64,000 nucleotides of DNA from Selaginella moellendorffii (taxonomy: Eukaryota; Plantae; Lycopodiophyta). Shown here one piece after another: positions 28,434 to 40,766 of the stretch. The stretch lies in assembly GCF_000143415.4 (NCBI RefSeq), contig NW_003314302.1, positions 327,182-391,181 on the forward strand. Reading direction: 5' to 3'. The number at the start of each line of letters is the position of its first letter. Positions within the stretch are counted from its first letter, which is position 1. The position numbers were made by a program, and so were the translations under genes. A model generated the notes under the pieces. That model saw nothing but the letters and a program-made list of their open reading frames with translations. It did no database searches and was not told where the DNA came from.

Positions 28434-29371
28434 TTAGAACTTACACACTTTCATACCTTTGGCAGTGGCCGGGCGTTCCATGCAACGCTCCTTCCAAGCC
28501 ATGACGTTTGGGAAGTTCTCGAGGCCTATAACCTCCGCCCCCTTGTAATAAACCTCGATACAGTAGATCCATGGGAAAGTGGCCATGTCCGCGATGGAGT
28601 AGCCGCCATCTATCAAAAACTCTCGCCCATCAAGCCGCTTCTCCAGCACTCCCATCAGGCGCTTCACCTCGGTGGAGTAACGCTCCAGGGGGTATGGATG
28701 ATCGCACTTATCCTTGGCATAGACGTAGAAGTGCCCAAACTAACGAAAGAAAGAAACAAATGAGAGCTCAAGAACATGAAGAACAAAATCCCAAACAAGA
28801 TAAACAAGGCAATAACACCAAGAACACCAAGATCCAAGAACAAAACCCATGCATCAACGAAGAACACAACGATGATCCATGAAATCTAGGAATTCACAAG
28901 TTTCTCTAACCTGGCCGGCCATTGGGCCAACGCCTGCCATTTGGAAGAAGACCCACTGGATTGTCTCCCACTTGAGCCTGGGATCTTGCGAGATGAACTT
29001 GCCCGTCTTCTCCGCCAGATAGAGAAGAATCGCTCCACTCTCGAAGACATTCATGGGTTTTCCATCTGGATAGCGAATCCAAATTAGAAAGATCGAAAAG
29101 ACAAGCGATCAAAAGAGCAGCAAACCTGGGCCATTTGGATCGACGATTGCGGGGATTTTGGAGTTGGGATTGATGGCAACGAAGTCCGGATGGAACTGCT
29201 CGTTGTTTCGGATGTTAATTGTGTGCGGCTCGTAGTCAAGCCCCATTTCTTCGAGCGCAATGCTCACCTGATCGTTTAGATCAAACTCCGATCAAACAAG
29301 AGAAAATCCTTGGCTGTGATCAATACCTTAATGCCATTTGGAGTGGCAAGGCTGTAGAGCTGGATCGCCAT
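28434..29371 (-). CDS. Glutathione S-transferase, Ure2p/Nu (YfcG-like) class, 4 exons, copy 1
   Basis: MAIQLYSLATPNGIKVSIALEEMGL..NPNSKIPAIVDPNGP..FESGAILLYLAEKTGKF..QWVFFQMAGVGPMAGQ..YSIADMATFPW; GT-AG introns; intact frame. Confidence 0.92.
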
Positions 29372-29482
29372 AGTCGCGGTGTTGTTCTTCCGCTAGGGTT
29401 CATCTTAAATCCTTGATTTTTAGTCCACATCTCACAGTCAAACTGCCACGTGTTAGAGTCAAAGTTTCAACGGAACCTTTGA

Positions 29483-31943
29483 ATGATCCTTGTTCTTGGC
29501 TCGAAGAAGAAGCGAAACCCGCAGCAACGATTTCCTTCTCTCGGGATCCATCTCTCTTCCAAGGATCAATCGGTGCCAGATCTCGCAAAGACCCAGCTCC
29601 AAAAATCCCTCGACCAGCTCGAGAGCCGCGAGGTCCGAGGAGATTTCACCCTCTACAGCTCGCTCCTAGCTCAATGCAGCGCCGCCAGATGCCTCGCCGC
29701 GGCACGGCAGATCCATGCCTTGATCCTACGCGATCGATACAACTCAGAGCTGGTCATCAACAATCTAGTCGTGAGGATGTTTGGCGCTTGCGGTGGATTG
29801 GACGAAGCAAGGAGTCTCTTCGCGAGAATTCGTCCCAGGAACGTTTTCTCGTACAACATCATGCTTGGCGCACTTGCCCAAAACCGGCATCTTTACGACG
29901 CAAGGAATCTCTTTGATCTGATGCCTGGAAGAACAGATGTGTCGTGGACTGCAATGATTTCCTCTTATGCATCCACCGGGGAAGTCTCGCTAGCGAAAGA
30001 AATCTTCGATGAAATTCCCGAAAAGGATAGGATTTCATGGAACGCGATGATCACAGCATATGCCCAAGCTGGGTATTGTTACGAGGCTCTTGAGATGCTC
30101 AGAAACATGGATTTGGAGGGCCTTCAGCCCGACAACATCACATTCATCAGCAGCATAAATTGCTGTTCCACTGTCGGCTGCCAGGTGACGGGGCGACAGC
30201 TCCATGATGATGTCGTTGATTTGGGCCTCATGGCGCATGTCTCCGTGGCCACTGCCTGCGTTAGCATGTACGGGAAGTTTGGTCGGGTCGAGAAAGCCAC
30301 TGAGATCTTTGACAAAATGCCGCAAAGGAATGTCGTGTCGTGGACGACAATGGTTGCAGCATATGCCCAGAATGGGCATCTTGACGAAGCGAGAGAAATA
30401 TTCGACCGGGCGTCTCAACGAAACGATGTTACGTGGAATGCGATGCTGGCGGCTTTTGTGCAGGGTGGACAGCTCTATAACGCAAGAGTAATGTTTGATT
30501 GTATGCCCATGCAGAACGCTTCTACGTGGAACACGCTGATTGCGGCGTTTGGCCAGAGAGGGGATTTGGAGGAAGCCACGGACTTGTTCCATCGAATGCC
30601 GCTGCCGAATCTGATATCTTGGAACACCATCATCTTTGCAAATGCCCAAAACGGGCGTGGAGAGAATTCCATCAAGCTGCTGATGAGAATGGATGTCGAG
30701 GGACTTCGTCCAAACCGAGTGACACTTCTTGCGGTCATTGATGCCTGTTCTAACATCGGAAACACCGATCTGGGAAGAATGGTCCTCTCAATTGTCGAGG
30801 AAATGGAGTTTACACACCAAGTTGCGATTGCTACCGCATTAGTGGCAATGTTTGCGAGGTGCCAGAATCTGGACAGCGCCAAACTTGTGTTTGACAATGT
30901 GGATCAACACGATGTCATGCTATGCAACTCTATGCTCTATGCGTATACTCAAAACGGGCATCTTGAGGCAGCCAAGAGGATGTTCTCACAAATGAAGGAA
31001 AAAAATACAGTCTCTTTCAACCTGATGATAACCATGAACGTCCAAAACGGGCTCATAGATGACGCCGAGAAGATGCTTTCGACAATGCCAGACCGGGATG
31101 TTGTCTCTTGCATCTTGTCATGACACGATGATTCTCGCATTTGCCCAAAATGGCCACTACAGCGACGCATGGCTGCTTTACAGAACTCTCAACTTGGATG
31201 GCTTTCATGCGAATAACTTCACCTTTGTTGGTGCACTGGAAGCCCTCTTAGGGATTTCATCGCTGCGAGAGACGAGAGCTCTCCACGCGATGATCCTCGA
31301 GAGTGGATTAGTCTCCGACGTGAGCGTCGCCACTGGGCTTGTGAACGTCTACGGAAAATGTGGCAACATATCCGAGGCTACCAGGATCTTTCATGGCATG
31401 CCCACAAAGAGCATGGTATCCTGGAGCGCCATGATAACGGCATATGCCCAGAATGGGCATAACATGTCAGCCTTGACGTGCTTTGGGCTCATGCAGCAGC
31501 AGGGTTTCGTACCGGATGCCGTGACGTTTGTGGCCGCCATATCAGCTTGCAGCCACGCGGGGCTTGTGGAGGCCGCTCGAGGCTACTTTCTCTCGATGCA
31601 AGTGGACTTCATGATTGATCCAATCTGCGAGCATTTTGGGTGCTTGATCGATCTGCTGGGCCGATCTGGGAAGCTGGAATCTGCGCAGGAGTTGATCAAG
31701 TGCATGCCGTTTTTGCCGGATTCTAGCAGCTGGACGGCACTCTTGAATGCCTGTTGCATACATGGCGATCTCACTAGAGCCTCGAGCATTGGTGATTTGA
31801 TAATTGAGATGCCGGGATGTGACGAAGCTGGGCCTCATGTGCTGCTTTCTAATGTTTACAGCGTCCTAGGAGAGCGAGGGAAAGCTGCAAGAGTCCAAGA
31901 GATTCTCTCCAGAAAAATAAATAAAGGTCTAATGATAGTGTAG
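29483..31943 (+). pseudogene. PLS-E class PPR gene copy disrupted by a deletion and frameshift
   Basis: Nearly identical to 38094-40655, but 98 nt are replaced by a 15 nt filler at 31108-31122 (net -83), splitting it into 546 aa and 294 aa ORFs. Confidence 0.9.
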
Positions 31944-32059
31944 AATTTCGTAGTATATTTTTATTAGTCAAAAATAGTTACACAAGTTTTCTTTTTGGCA
32001 AAACTTAAATTCAAACTGAAGAATCGCAATGCGATGCAGCTCCTGCGATGAGCACCTGC

Positions 32060-32215
32060 TCACCTGGAGATGATTTCCAGACCTCTCTGGACGATGATCT
32101 TCCTGTCTGCCAAGCTTGATCTCCCATTCTTGCTCGATCACGCTCCATGCTGCGTCCTTGTCCCGTGCAAACTCCACTAGAAGTTTCATGTAAGCCAGTG
32201 GCAGTGGGAGCTTAA
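32060..32215 (-). pseudogene. 3' fragment of a TPR-SET gene; mirrored at about 37870-37990
   Basis: LAYMKLLVEFARDKDAAWSVIEQEWEIKLGRQEDHR matches the C-termini of the 19927 and 34204 copies. Confidence 0.75.
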
Positions 32216-32629
32216 GGTGGTCAAGAGCAACCAAGACGTTGGCGGTAGTCTATGTATCCATAAAAATTCCCCATAACCACCATGCCCAACAGCGAGAGAC
32301 AGGACAAATGCGAAATTCCGAGGATCCCGTCATCGCGTATCTCCAGGCTGGGAATCAGTATGCCGGAGCTGCAGGGTCATATCCGCTTGAAAGTTGCAGA
32401 GGTGTTTCAATGGAGCTTGATCCGAGTGCTAGAGGAGCTTCTCCAGCAACCAGACAGCTTAAACATTTCCGCATCAGAAGTTAAAAAGACAATGAAACAC
32501 TGAATAGAGTGAGTTGACATTTATGATGGATCCTCGACCACATCTGGACATGGCGAGCCAACATATAACTTACTCCCTTGAATATGCAGAATTGCTCTAG
32601 GACTTTTTATTATAGGATTTAAATCATTA

Positions 32630-33125
32630 TCACATCAGGATCTTGTATAAGAGTTTCATCAAGGAAAACGATGCAATCAGGGCCTCTTTCCCAAAATATT
32701 GCAAGAGAAACACCAACACGATCATCAAGAACAGTTTCATGAAGAAATTCCATGCAGTCCGGGCTCCTTTCCCCAACATTTGCAAGAGAAACACTGACAC
32801 GATCGCCAACAACTTCATCAGCTCCAACAGGAACACAAAGAACATCTTCCGGATTTCCAAGACGGCACCCATTTCCCTGAAAATCCTTGAGAGTCAGAGG
32901 GTTTATATACAAGAGAACAACCTTTTCGCCACCATTTTCCATACAAAAACCTTAATGAATCTTCCTGGACAATCCATGTGCATCCAGGTGGCAGTGAAGC
33001 TTGAAACCTCAGATCTCACCTAAACGCAAAATCGATCAGTAACCTGGATGAATTTGCAATCCCTGGCAAGTTGCTCCGCTCTCGCCTTGGCAAGAGCCTT
33101 TTCAAACGCCTTCTTGATAACTAAT
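32630..33125 (-). other. Possible small spliced gene or remnant encoding a hydrophobic repeated-helix peptide; mirror copy at about 37008-37457 (+)
   Basis: Terminal ORF with about 26-27 aa internal repeats (MKL..IV.VFLLQ..GK.A), open in both arms; plausible GT-AG boundaries upstream; no recognised family. Confidence 0.35.
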
Positions 33126-34203
33126 GTGTTTAGCATGTGGAGCTTCTAATGCGTTTCTATAAAGTTGATTTGCTTCATATAAAAGATGGATAGAATTACT
33201 AATTCTATATGTATCTTGCAATAGTTTCCCTGATTGTGAGGCCTAATTACTCCAAATCAAATATTCTGTAACTGACAAGCAACAAAGGAGGATGCTGTTC
33301 ATCTGGATGATGTAAATTAGACCTTATTATTATTTTTGTGATAGAGCTTTTGTTAATGTGTGTTTCTATTTAGGCTAATTATGGATGCAAGACCTTTGTC
33401 GATTCACTGAGAAAAAGTATTAATAACATGGCGCCGCACTTCACAATACAGCATCCAGGGAGTGCAATGCTGACAACGTTCTTACGCTTTGAAAACCATA
33501 GGTTTAATTGTGCCGTGAAAAATCACTTTGTATAATGGTGACTGACATGAAACAGAGTACTTCATGCTTGATTGAGCGCATAAATCTATCCCAAAGCAGT
33601 TACATGTTTATAGGCCTATCTTATCTTCAGCGACCATTCGCCACCTTGTTACTTTCTTGACGATGAGGACGTTGGGCAAGCACAGTGCGCTCCAACGTGA
33701 TAAAAACGCGAGAGATTACGAGTGAGACTTACAGCCGAGTTGTAGTACTTTCAAGAGCTGCCGCTTCAAGCATCCAGTGCCACTCCACTGGAGAAACGAC
33801 CTTTAGCTTGTGGATTTAGACCTGTGTGGTATGTTGCGAATCTCACGCTCCCCTTGAACACTTGACGGCACACGTCTAATCCTTCACAGTCTGGATGTTT
33901 AGCCAGGGGTGCAATGGCGCATTTTGAAAGAAAACGAAACAAAATATCAATCCCATCGTTACCGCCTTGTTCGGATATTCTATGGCATATTTTTTATACA
34001 ACTCTTGCTTAATCCTATTTAGGTTTAGCTATTTATAACAAATTCACTCTTCACAAATTCTTAAATTCTCTTTTAATCCCCATATGCCCAAACAATTAAA
34101 CACACAAAGCCTTTAAATTTGTGGTACAACATCATAAAACCCCTTAAATCCCAAACTTTCACCTCCTCCCTAAACATATTAAGAAAAAGAAGAAACGGGA
34201 AAC

Positions 34204-36126
34204 TCAAGCCCACCCCCAAGCTCCAAGAATCTCGAGACCTCTCTCGACAAAAGCCTCGACAATGCGATGATCCTCCTGTCTCCCAAGCCTGCTCTCCCAC
34301 GCTCTTTCCATCACGCTCCTTGCCGCGTCCTTGTCCCGTGCAAACTTCGCCAGAGAAATCATGTATGCCAGATTTGCGTCGCTGGCCGTCGTGAACCTTT
34401 CCATGGCCTCCATCACCACCTCCGCCGCCGGGACGTCAGGCACCACCACCGCCTCCCCACTCTGCAGCCTCTGGTAATAGAAGGAGAGCGACCAGTGAAT
34501 CGCTCGCAAGCACTGTCGCTCCTCCTCGTCCTTGAGCCTGCTCGCGAGAACTGTCTCCAGCGTCTTCGCCATCTCGATCGGGTCGGCCTCCCCCTTGAGC
34601 CTGAACTCGAAGTTTGCCTCGGCGAAGTCCCTGTAGTAGCCGTTCACCTCCGCGAGATCCTTGTCCAGCAGCGTCTCCAGGTAGCACTTCTTGCAGTCGC
34701 ACGCGAAACCCAGCCTCTTGCGCCTGTAAGGATGGCCACCATTGATGTAGCAGAGAACGAGCTCTTCTCCAGCATCGATATCTCGGGCCGCGACCTAGCA
34801 GGTCACCTTTCCAAGGTCCGTTTTGCAGACGTTTGGAACGCAGGAATGGTCGGCAGGATCCATGTTGCGAGGTAGACGAAGCCGCGCGAAGAGCTCGGAT
34901 GGTAGGATGCCTTGGTGACGATCTCAAAGGTTCGCTTCACTTCAATGCCTTCTAGTGCTTCTCTGCCGCTGCTGTCAGTGCTGCAAATCGGCCAATCCTC
35001 GGCAGTTGTCCAGTTCGGCCGGAAGGTTTCCATGCCGGGGACTTCTCGCTCGTCGCCCGCCACCTCGCAAACGAGGCTGAGAAGCTGCTTGTATACCCGT
35101 GGAGATTTCATGGCCATCTCAAGCAGCCGAGCAGCAGCGTCTCGGTCGCAAGCCGGTCTTCACACATCTTCACACCGGGCCAACGTAATCGGCAAGCTCT
35201 GGCACTTTGGTCTCGCTGTTGGAATCGCTCCACGGGCGACAAGAGTTGGAAATCTCCTGAGCGACGCTGCTGCTGTCCCGGCTTTGCCTGGCAAGTTTCT
35301 GGGACTTTTCGAATAGCTGGTCGATGGTTTGGTCTGTCCCAGCGAAATCTCTCAAGAGCTGGCACAACCAGTCGTAGAGATGAAGCTTGAGCAAAACCAA
35401 CGCCTTGCGATACACACTCTTGAGATGGCTGGGATCCATCTCAAGAGCGGCACTGGCAGCACTGACGCAAGCCTCAAATCACCCCAGCTTGAGGTAGCAC
35501 TCGGCTTGGTTGGAGAGAGCTAGAACCCGATTCTGGCGATCGTCCTGGCCGGCGCCACTAGCCATAGGCTTGAGCAGCAGCCTCAAAGCTCTCGTCTTTG
35601 AAGAGCTTGTTCCCTTCCATCCTGATCCTCGCGGGGCCCATACCTTGAAGTCCATGGAGGAAATCCTCGCCAAGGAAAGAGAGCACCTCGACGTTCGCGG
35701 GATTGTCAAGCGCGATGGACCAGTAGGACCTTGGATCCAGCCCTGAATCGCCGAGAAACCCCGAGACCATCGCCGTGATCGCGCCCATATCGTCCAGCGG
35801 CCGCACCAGCGTCGGCTCCTTGACCCCCGAGGAAATTTCGCCCGGACCTCCACCTCCGAGGCATTGCTCACCATCGGATGCTTGATCGCGAGCAGCACCG
35901 ATTCACCGCTGGAATCCTCGAGCATTGTGAGTACCTGGACGCTGCCGTCGATCATGAGCGCGTCCGCGGCCAGAAATCCATGAAGAACACGCCCCACCGC
36001 GCGCGATTCCGGCTCTAGATCTCCAATCCGGACAGGAGCTATGGTGGAGATCGCCGCGGAGGGAATGCCGTGTGCCCGCTGGAGGAGCATCGAAGCAAGC
36101 ATTGTCAGCGGATCCGAGCGCAACAC
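34204..36126 (-). pseudogene. TPR + SET-domain protein pseudogene, copy 2, forming the spacer of the inverted duplication
   Basis: Direct-orientation duplicate of about 19908-22005; frameshifts; keeps VLALSNQAECYLKLG and LTMLEDSSGESVLLAIKHP but lacks the GRGLFAT SET-N block. Confidence 0.8.
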
Positions 36127-38093
36127 ATCCTAGGGAAGGAATGGTGTGAAAGAATCGGTGCCGCCCTTGGCACGTGGGCGAGGCGGAGCATCACCGCGGT
36201 GTGGAGCACCATAGCCAAAACCCTGAGACAAATGTAAGGAAAGCGCCTTTAGGGTTCTTCCTTTAAAATAATGAATCCTTATGTTAAAGGAAATAAAGTG
36301 CCTTTAGGGCTCTTCTTCTAAAATGAATAAAGTGCCTTTAGGGCTCTTCCTTTAAAAAGCAAGGGTGGTTAAAAAATATGCCATAAAATATCCGAACAAG
36401 GCGGTAACGATACAAATCGAGGGATTGATATTTTGTTTCGTTTTCTTTCAAAATGCGCCATTGCACCCCTGGCTAAACATCCAGACTGTAAGTCTCACTC
36501 GTAATCTCTGGCGTTGGTCGAGCGCACTGTGCTTGCCCAAAGTCCTCATCGTTGGTCACTGAAGATAAGATAGGCCTATAAACATGTGGATAGATTCATG
36601 CGCTCAGTCAAGCATGAAGTACTTCGTTTCATGTCAGTCACCATTAGACAAAGTGATTTTTCACGGCACAATTAAACCTATGGTTTTCAAAGCGCAGCAT
36701 TGCACTCCCTGGATGCTGTATTGTGAAGTGCCGCGCCATGTTATAAATAAGGTCTTGCATTCATAATTAGCCTAAATAGAAACACACATTTGTAACAAAA
36801 GCTCTAGACCCTCACAAAAATAATAATAAGGTCTAATTTACATCATCCAAATGATCCTCCGTTGTTGCTTGTCAGTTGCAGAATATTTGATTTGGAGTAA
36901 TTAGGCCTCACAATCAGGGAAACTATTGCAAGATACATACAGAATTAGTAATTCTATCCATCTTTTATATGAAACAAATAAACTTTATGATGCTAAACAC
37001 ATTAGTTATCAAGAAGGCGTTTGAAAGGGCTCTTGCCAAGGAGGTTACTGATCGATTTTGCGTTTAGGTGAGATCTGAGGTTTCAAGCTTCACTGCCACC
37101 TGGATGCACATGGATTGTCCAGGAAGATTCATTAAGGTTTTTGTATGGAAAAAGGTGGCGAAAAGGTTGTTCTCTTGCATATAAACCCTCTGACTCTCAA
37201 GGATTTTCATGGAAATGGGTGCCGTCTTGGAAATCCGGAAGGTGTTCTTTGTGTTGCTGTTGGAGCTGATGAAGTTGTTGGCGATCGTGTCAGTGTTTCT
37301 CTTGCAAATGTTGGGGAAAGGAGCCCGGACTGCATGGAATTTCTTCATAAAACTGTTCTTGATGATCTTGTTGGTCTTTCTCTTGCAATATTTTGGGAAA
37401 GAGGCCCTGATTGCATCGTTTTCCTTGATGAAACTCTTATACAAGATCGTGATGTGATTATGATTTAAATCCTATAATAAAAAGTCCCAGATGGTCGACG
37501 ATCCATCATAAATTCCGGCAATGTCAACTCCCTCTATTCAGTGTTTCATTGTCTTTTTAACTTCTGATGCGGAGGATGCCCTTATTAATGTTTAAGCTGT
37601 CTGTTCGAGGCAGTTGCTGGAGAGGCTCCTCTAGCACCCGGATCAAGCTCCATTGAAACACCTCTGCCACTTTCAAGCGGATATGGCCCTGCAGCTCCAT
37701 GGCGTACTGATTCCCAGCCTGGAGATAGGCGATGACGGGAGCATTTGTCCTGTCTCTCTCCAAGTCTGGTGTTGGGCTTTAGCTGCCATGGTGGTTGTGG
37801 GGAATTTTTATGGATACATAGACTACCGCCAACGTCTTGGTTGCTCTTGACCACCTTAAGCTCCCACTGCCACTGGCTTACATGAAACTTCCTCGTGGAG
37901 TTTGCACGGGACAAGGACGCAGCATGGAGCGTGATCGAGCAAGAATGGGAGATCAAGCTTGGCAGACAGGAAGATCATCGTCAAGGACATCGTCCAGAGA
38001 GGTCTGAGCTGCATCGCATTGCGATTCTTCAGTTTGAATTTAAGTTTTGCTAAAAAGAAAACTTGTGTAACTATTTTGACTAATAAAAATATA

Positions 38094-40655
38094 CTACGAA
38101 ATTCTAGGTATATCCACTATCGTTAGACCTTTACTTATTTTTCTGGAGAGAATCTCTTGGACTCTTGCAGCTTTCCCTCGCTCTCCTAGGACGCTGTAAA
38201 CATTAGAAAGTAGCACATAAGGCCCAGCTTCGTCACATCCCGGCATCTCAATTATCAAATCACCAATGCTCGAGGCTCTAGTGAGATCGCCATGTATGCA
38301 ACAGGCATTCAAGAGTGCCGTCCAGCTGCTAGAATCCGGCAAAAACGGCATGCACTTGATCAATTCCTGTGCAGCTTCCAACCTCCCAGATCGGCCCAGC
38401 AGATCGATCAAGCACCCAAAATGCTCGCAGATTGGATCAATCATGAAGTCCACTTGCATCGAGAGAAAGTAGCCTCGAGCGGCCTCCACAAGCCCCGCGT
38501 GGCTGCAAGCTGATATTGCGGCCACAAACGTCACGGCATCCGGTATGAAACCCTGCTGCTGCATGAGCCCAAAGCACGTCAAGGCTGACATGTTATGCCC
38601 ATTCTGGGCATATGCCGTTATCATGGCGCTCCAGGATACCATGCTCTTTGTGGGCATGCCATGAAAGATCCTGGTAGCCTCGGATATGTTGCCACATTTT
38701 CCGTAGACGTTCACAAGCCCAGTGGCGACGCTCACGTCGGAGAGGAATCCACTCTCGAGGATCATCGCGTGGAGAGCTCTCGTCTCTCGCAGCGATGAAA
38801 TCCCTAAGAGGGCTTCCAGTGCACCAACAAAGGTGAAGTTATTCGCATGAAAGCCATCCAAGTTGAGAGTTCTGTAAAGCAGCCATGCGTCGCTGTAGTG
38901 GCCATTTTGGGCAAATGCGAGAATCATCGTGTTCCATGACACGATGTTCTTCTCTTGCATCTTGTCAAAGATACACTTTGCTTGCTCCAGCTTGAGAACC
39001 TGGGCATAGCCCAGCATCATTGTGTTGTTTGAGACAACATCCCGGTCTGGCATTGTCGAAAGCATCTTCTCGGCGTCATCTATGAGCCCGTTTTGGACGT
39101 TCATGGTTATCATCAGGTTAAAAGAGACTGTATTTTTTTCCTTCATTTGTGAGAACATCCTCTTGGCTGCCTCAAGATGCCCGTTTTGAGTATACGCATA
39201 GAGCATAGAGTTGCATAGCATGACATCGTGTTGATCCGCATTGTCAAACACAAGTTTGGCGCTGTCCAGATTCTGGCACCTCGCAAACATTGCCACTAAT
39301 GCGGTAGCAATCGCAACTTGGTGTGTAAACTCCATTTCCTCGACAATTGAGAGGACCATTCTTCCCAGATCGGTGTTTCCGATGTTAGAACAGGCATCAA
39401 TGACCGCAAGAAGTGTCACTCGGTTTGGACGAAGTCCCTCGACATCCATTCTCATCAGCAGCTTGATGGAATTCTCTCCACGCCCGTTTTGGGCATTTGC
39501 AAAGATGATGGTGTTCCAAGATATCAGATTCGGCAGCGGCATTCGATGGAACAAGTCCGTGGCTTCCTCCAAATCCCCTCTCTGGCCAAACGCCGCAATC
39601 AGCGTGTTCCACGTAGAAGCGTTCTGCATGGGCATACAATCAAACATTACTCTTGCGTTATAGAGCTGTCCACCCTGCACAAAAGCCGCCAGCATCGCAT
39701 TCCACGTAACATCGTTTCGTTGAGACGCCCGGTCGAATATTTCTCTCGCTTCTTCAAGATGCCCATTCTGGGCATATGCTGCAACCATTGTCGTCCACGA
39801 CACGACATTCCTTTGCGGCATTTTGTCAAAGATCTCAGTGGCTTTCTCGAGCCGACCAAACTTCCCGTACATGCTAACGCAGGCAGTGGCCACGGAGACA
39901 TGCGCCATGAGGCCCAAATCAACGACATCATCATGGAGCTGTCGCCCCGTCACCTGGCAGCCGACAGTGGAACAGCAATTTATGCTGCTGATGAATGTTA
40001 TGTTGTCGGGCTGGAGGCCCTCCAAATCCATGTTTCTGAGCATCTCAAGGGCCTCGTAACAATACCCAGCTTGGGCATATGCTGTGATCATCGCGTTCCA
40101 TGAAATCCTATCCTTTTCGGGAATTTCATCGAAGATTTCTTTCGCTAGCGAGACTTCCCCGGTGGATGCATAAGAGGAAATCATTGCAGTCCACGACACA
40201 TCTGTTCTTCCAGGCATCAGATCAAAGAGATTCCTTGCGTCGTAAAGATGCCGGTTTTGGGCAAGTGCGCCAAGCATGATGTTGTACGAGAAAACGTTCC
40301 TGGGACGAATTCTCGCGAAGAGACTCCTTGCTTCGTCCAATCCACCGCAAGCGCCAAACATCCTCACGACTAGATTGTTGATGACCAGCTCTGAGTTGTA
40401 TCGATCGCGTAGGATCAAGGCATGGATCCGCCGTGCCGCGGCGAGGCATCTGGCGGCGCTGCATTGAGCTAGGAGCGAGCTGTAGAGGGTGAAATCTCCT
40501 CGGACCTCGCGGCTCTCGAGCTGGTCGAGGGATTTTTGGAGCTGGGTCTTTGCGAGATCTGGCACCGATTGATCCTTGGAAGAGAGATGGATCCCGAGAG
40601 AAGGAAATCGTTGCTGCGGGTTTCGCTTCTTCTTCGAGCCAAGAACAAGGATCAT
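38094..40655 (-). CDS. PLS-E class PPR protein, intact, 853 aa, no DYW domain
   Basis: Intronless ORF with many VVSW.M..AYAQNG repeats; E-domain signatures HFGCLIDLLGRSG, WTALLNAC, YVLLSNVY. Confidence 0.93.
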   Translation of the reverse strand: MILVLGSKKKRNPQQRFPSLGIHLSSKDQSVPDLAKTQLQKSLDQLESREVRGDFTLYSSLLAQCSAARCLAAARRIHALILRDRYNSELVINNLVVRMFGACGGLDEARSLFARIRPRNVFSYNIMLGALAQNRHLYDARNLFDLMPGRTDVSWTAMISSYASTGEVSLAKEIFDEIPEKDRISWNAMITAYAQAGYCYEALEMLRNMDLEGLQPDNITFISSINCCSTVGCQVTGRQLHDDVVDLGLMAHVSVATACVSMYGKFGRLEKATEIFDKMPQRNVVSWTTMVAAYAQNGHLEEAREIFDRASQRNDVTWNAMLAAFVQGGQLYNARVMFDCMPMQNASTWNTLIAAFGQRGDLEEATDLFHRMPLPNLISWNTIIFANAQNGRGENSIKLLMRMDVEGLRPNRVTLLAVIDACSNIGNTDLGRMVLSIVEEMEFTHQVAIATALVAMFARCQNLDSAKLVFDNADQHDVMLCNSMLYAYTQNGHLEAAKRMFSQMKEKNTVSFNLMITMNVQNGLIDDAEKMLSTMPDRDVVSNNTMMLGYAQVLKLEQAKCIFDKMQEKNIVSWNTMILAFAQNGHYSDAWLLYRTLNLDGFHANNFTFVGALEALLGISSLRETRALHAMILESGFLSDVSVATGLVNVYGKCGNISEATRIFHGMPTKSMVSWSAMITAYAQNGHNMSALTCFGLMQQQGFIPDAVTFVAAISACSHAGLVEAARGYFLSMQVDFMIDPICEHFGCLIDLLGRSGRLEAAQELIKCMPFLPDSSSWTALLNACCIHGDLTRASSIGDLIIEMPGCDEAGPYVLLSNVYSVLGERGKAARVQEILSRKISKGLTIVDIPRIS

Positions 40656-40766
40656 TCAAAGGATTCGTTGAAACTTTGACTCTAACACGTGGCAGTTTGA
40701 CTGTGAGATGTGGACTAAAAATCAAGGATTTAAGATGAACCCTAGCGGAAGAGCAACACTGCGGCT

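Larger units (their letters stand above)
27603..33996. repeat. Left arm of a large inverted duplication
   Basis: Reverse complement of 36370-42312 plus 47792-48242; the same GST, PPR and intergenic blocks occur in mirror order. Confidence 0.92.
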
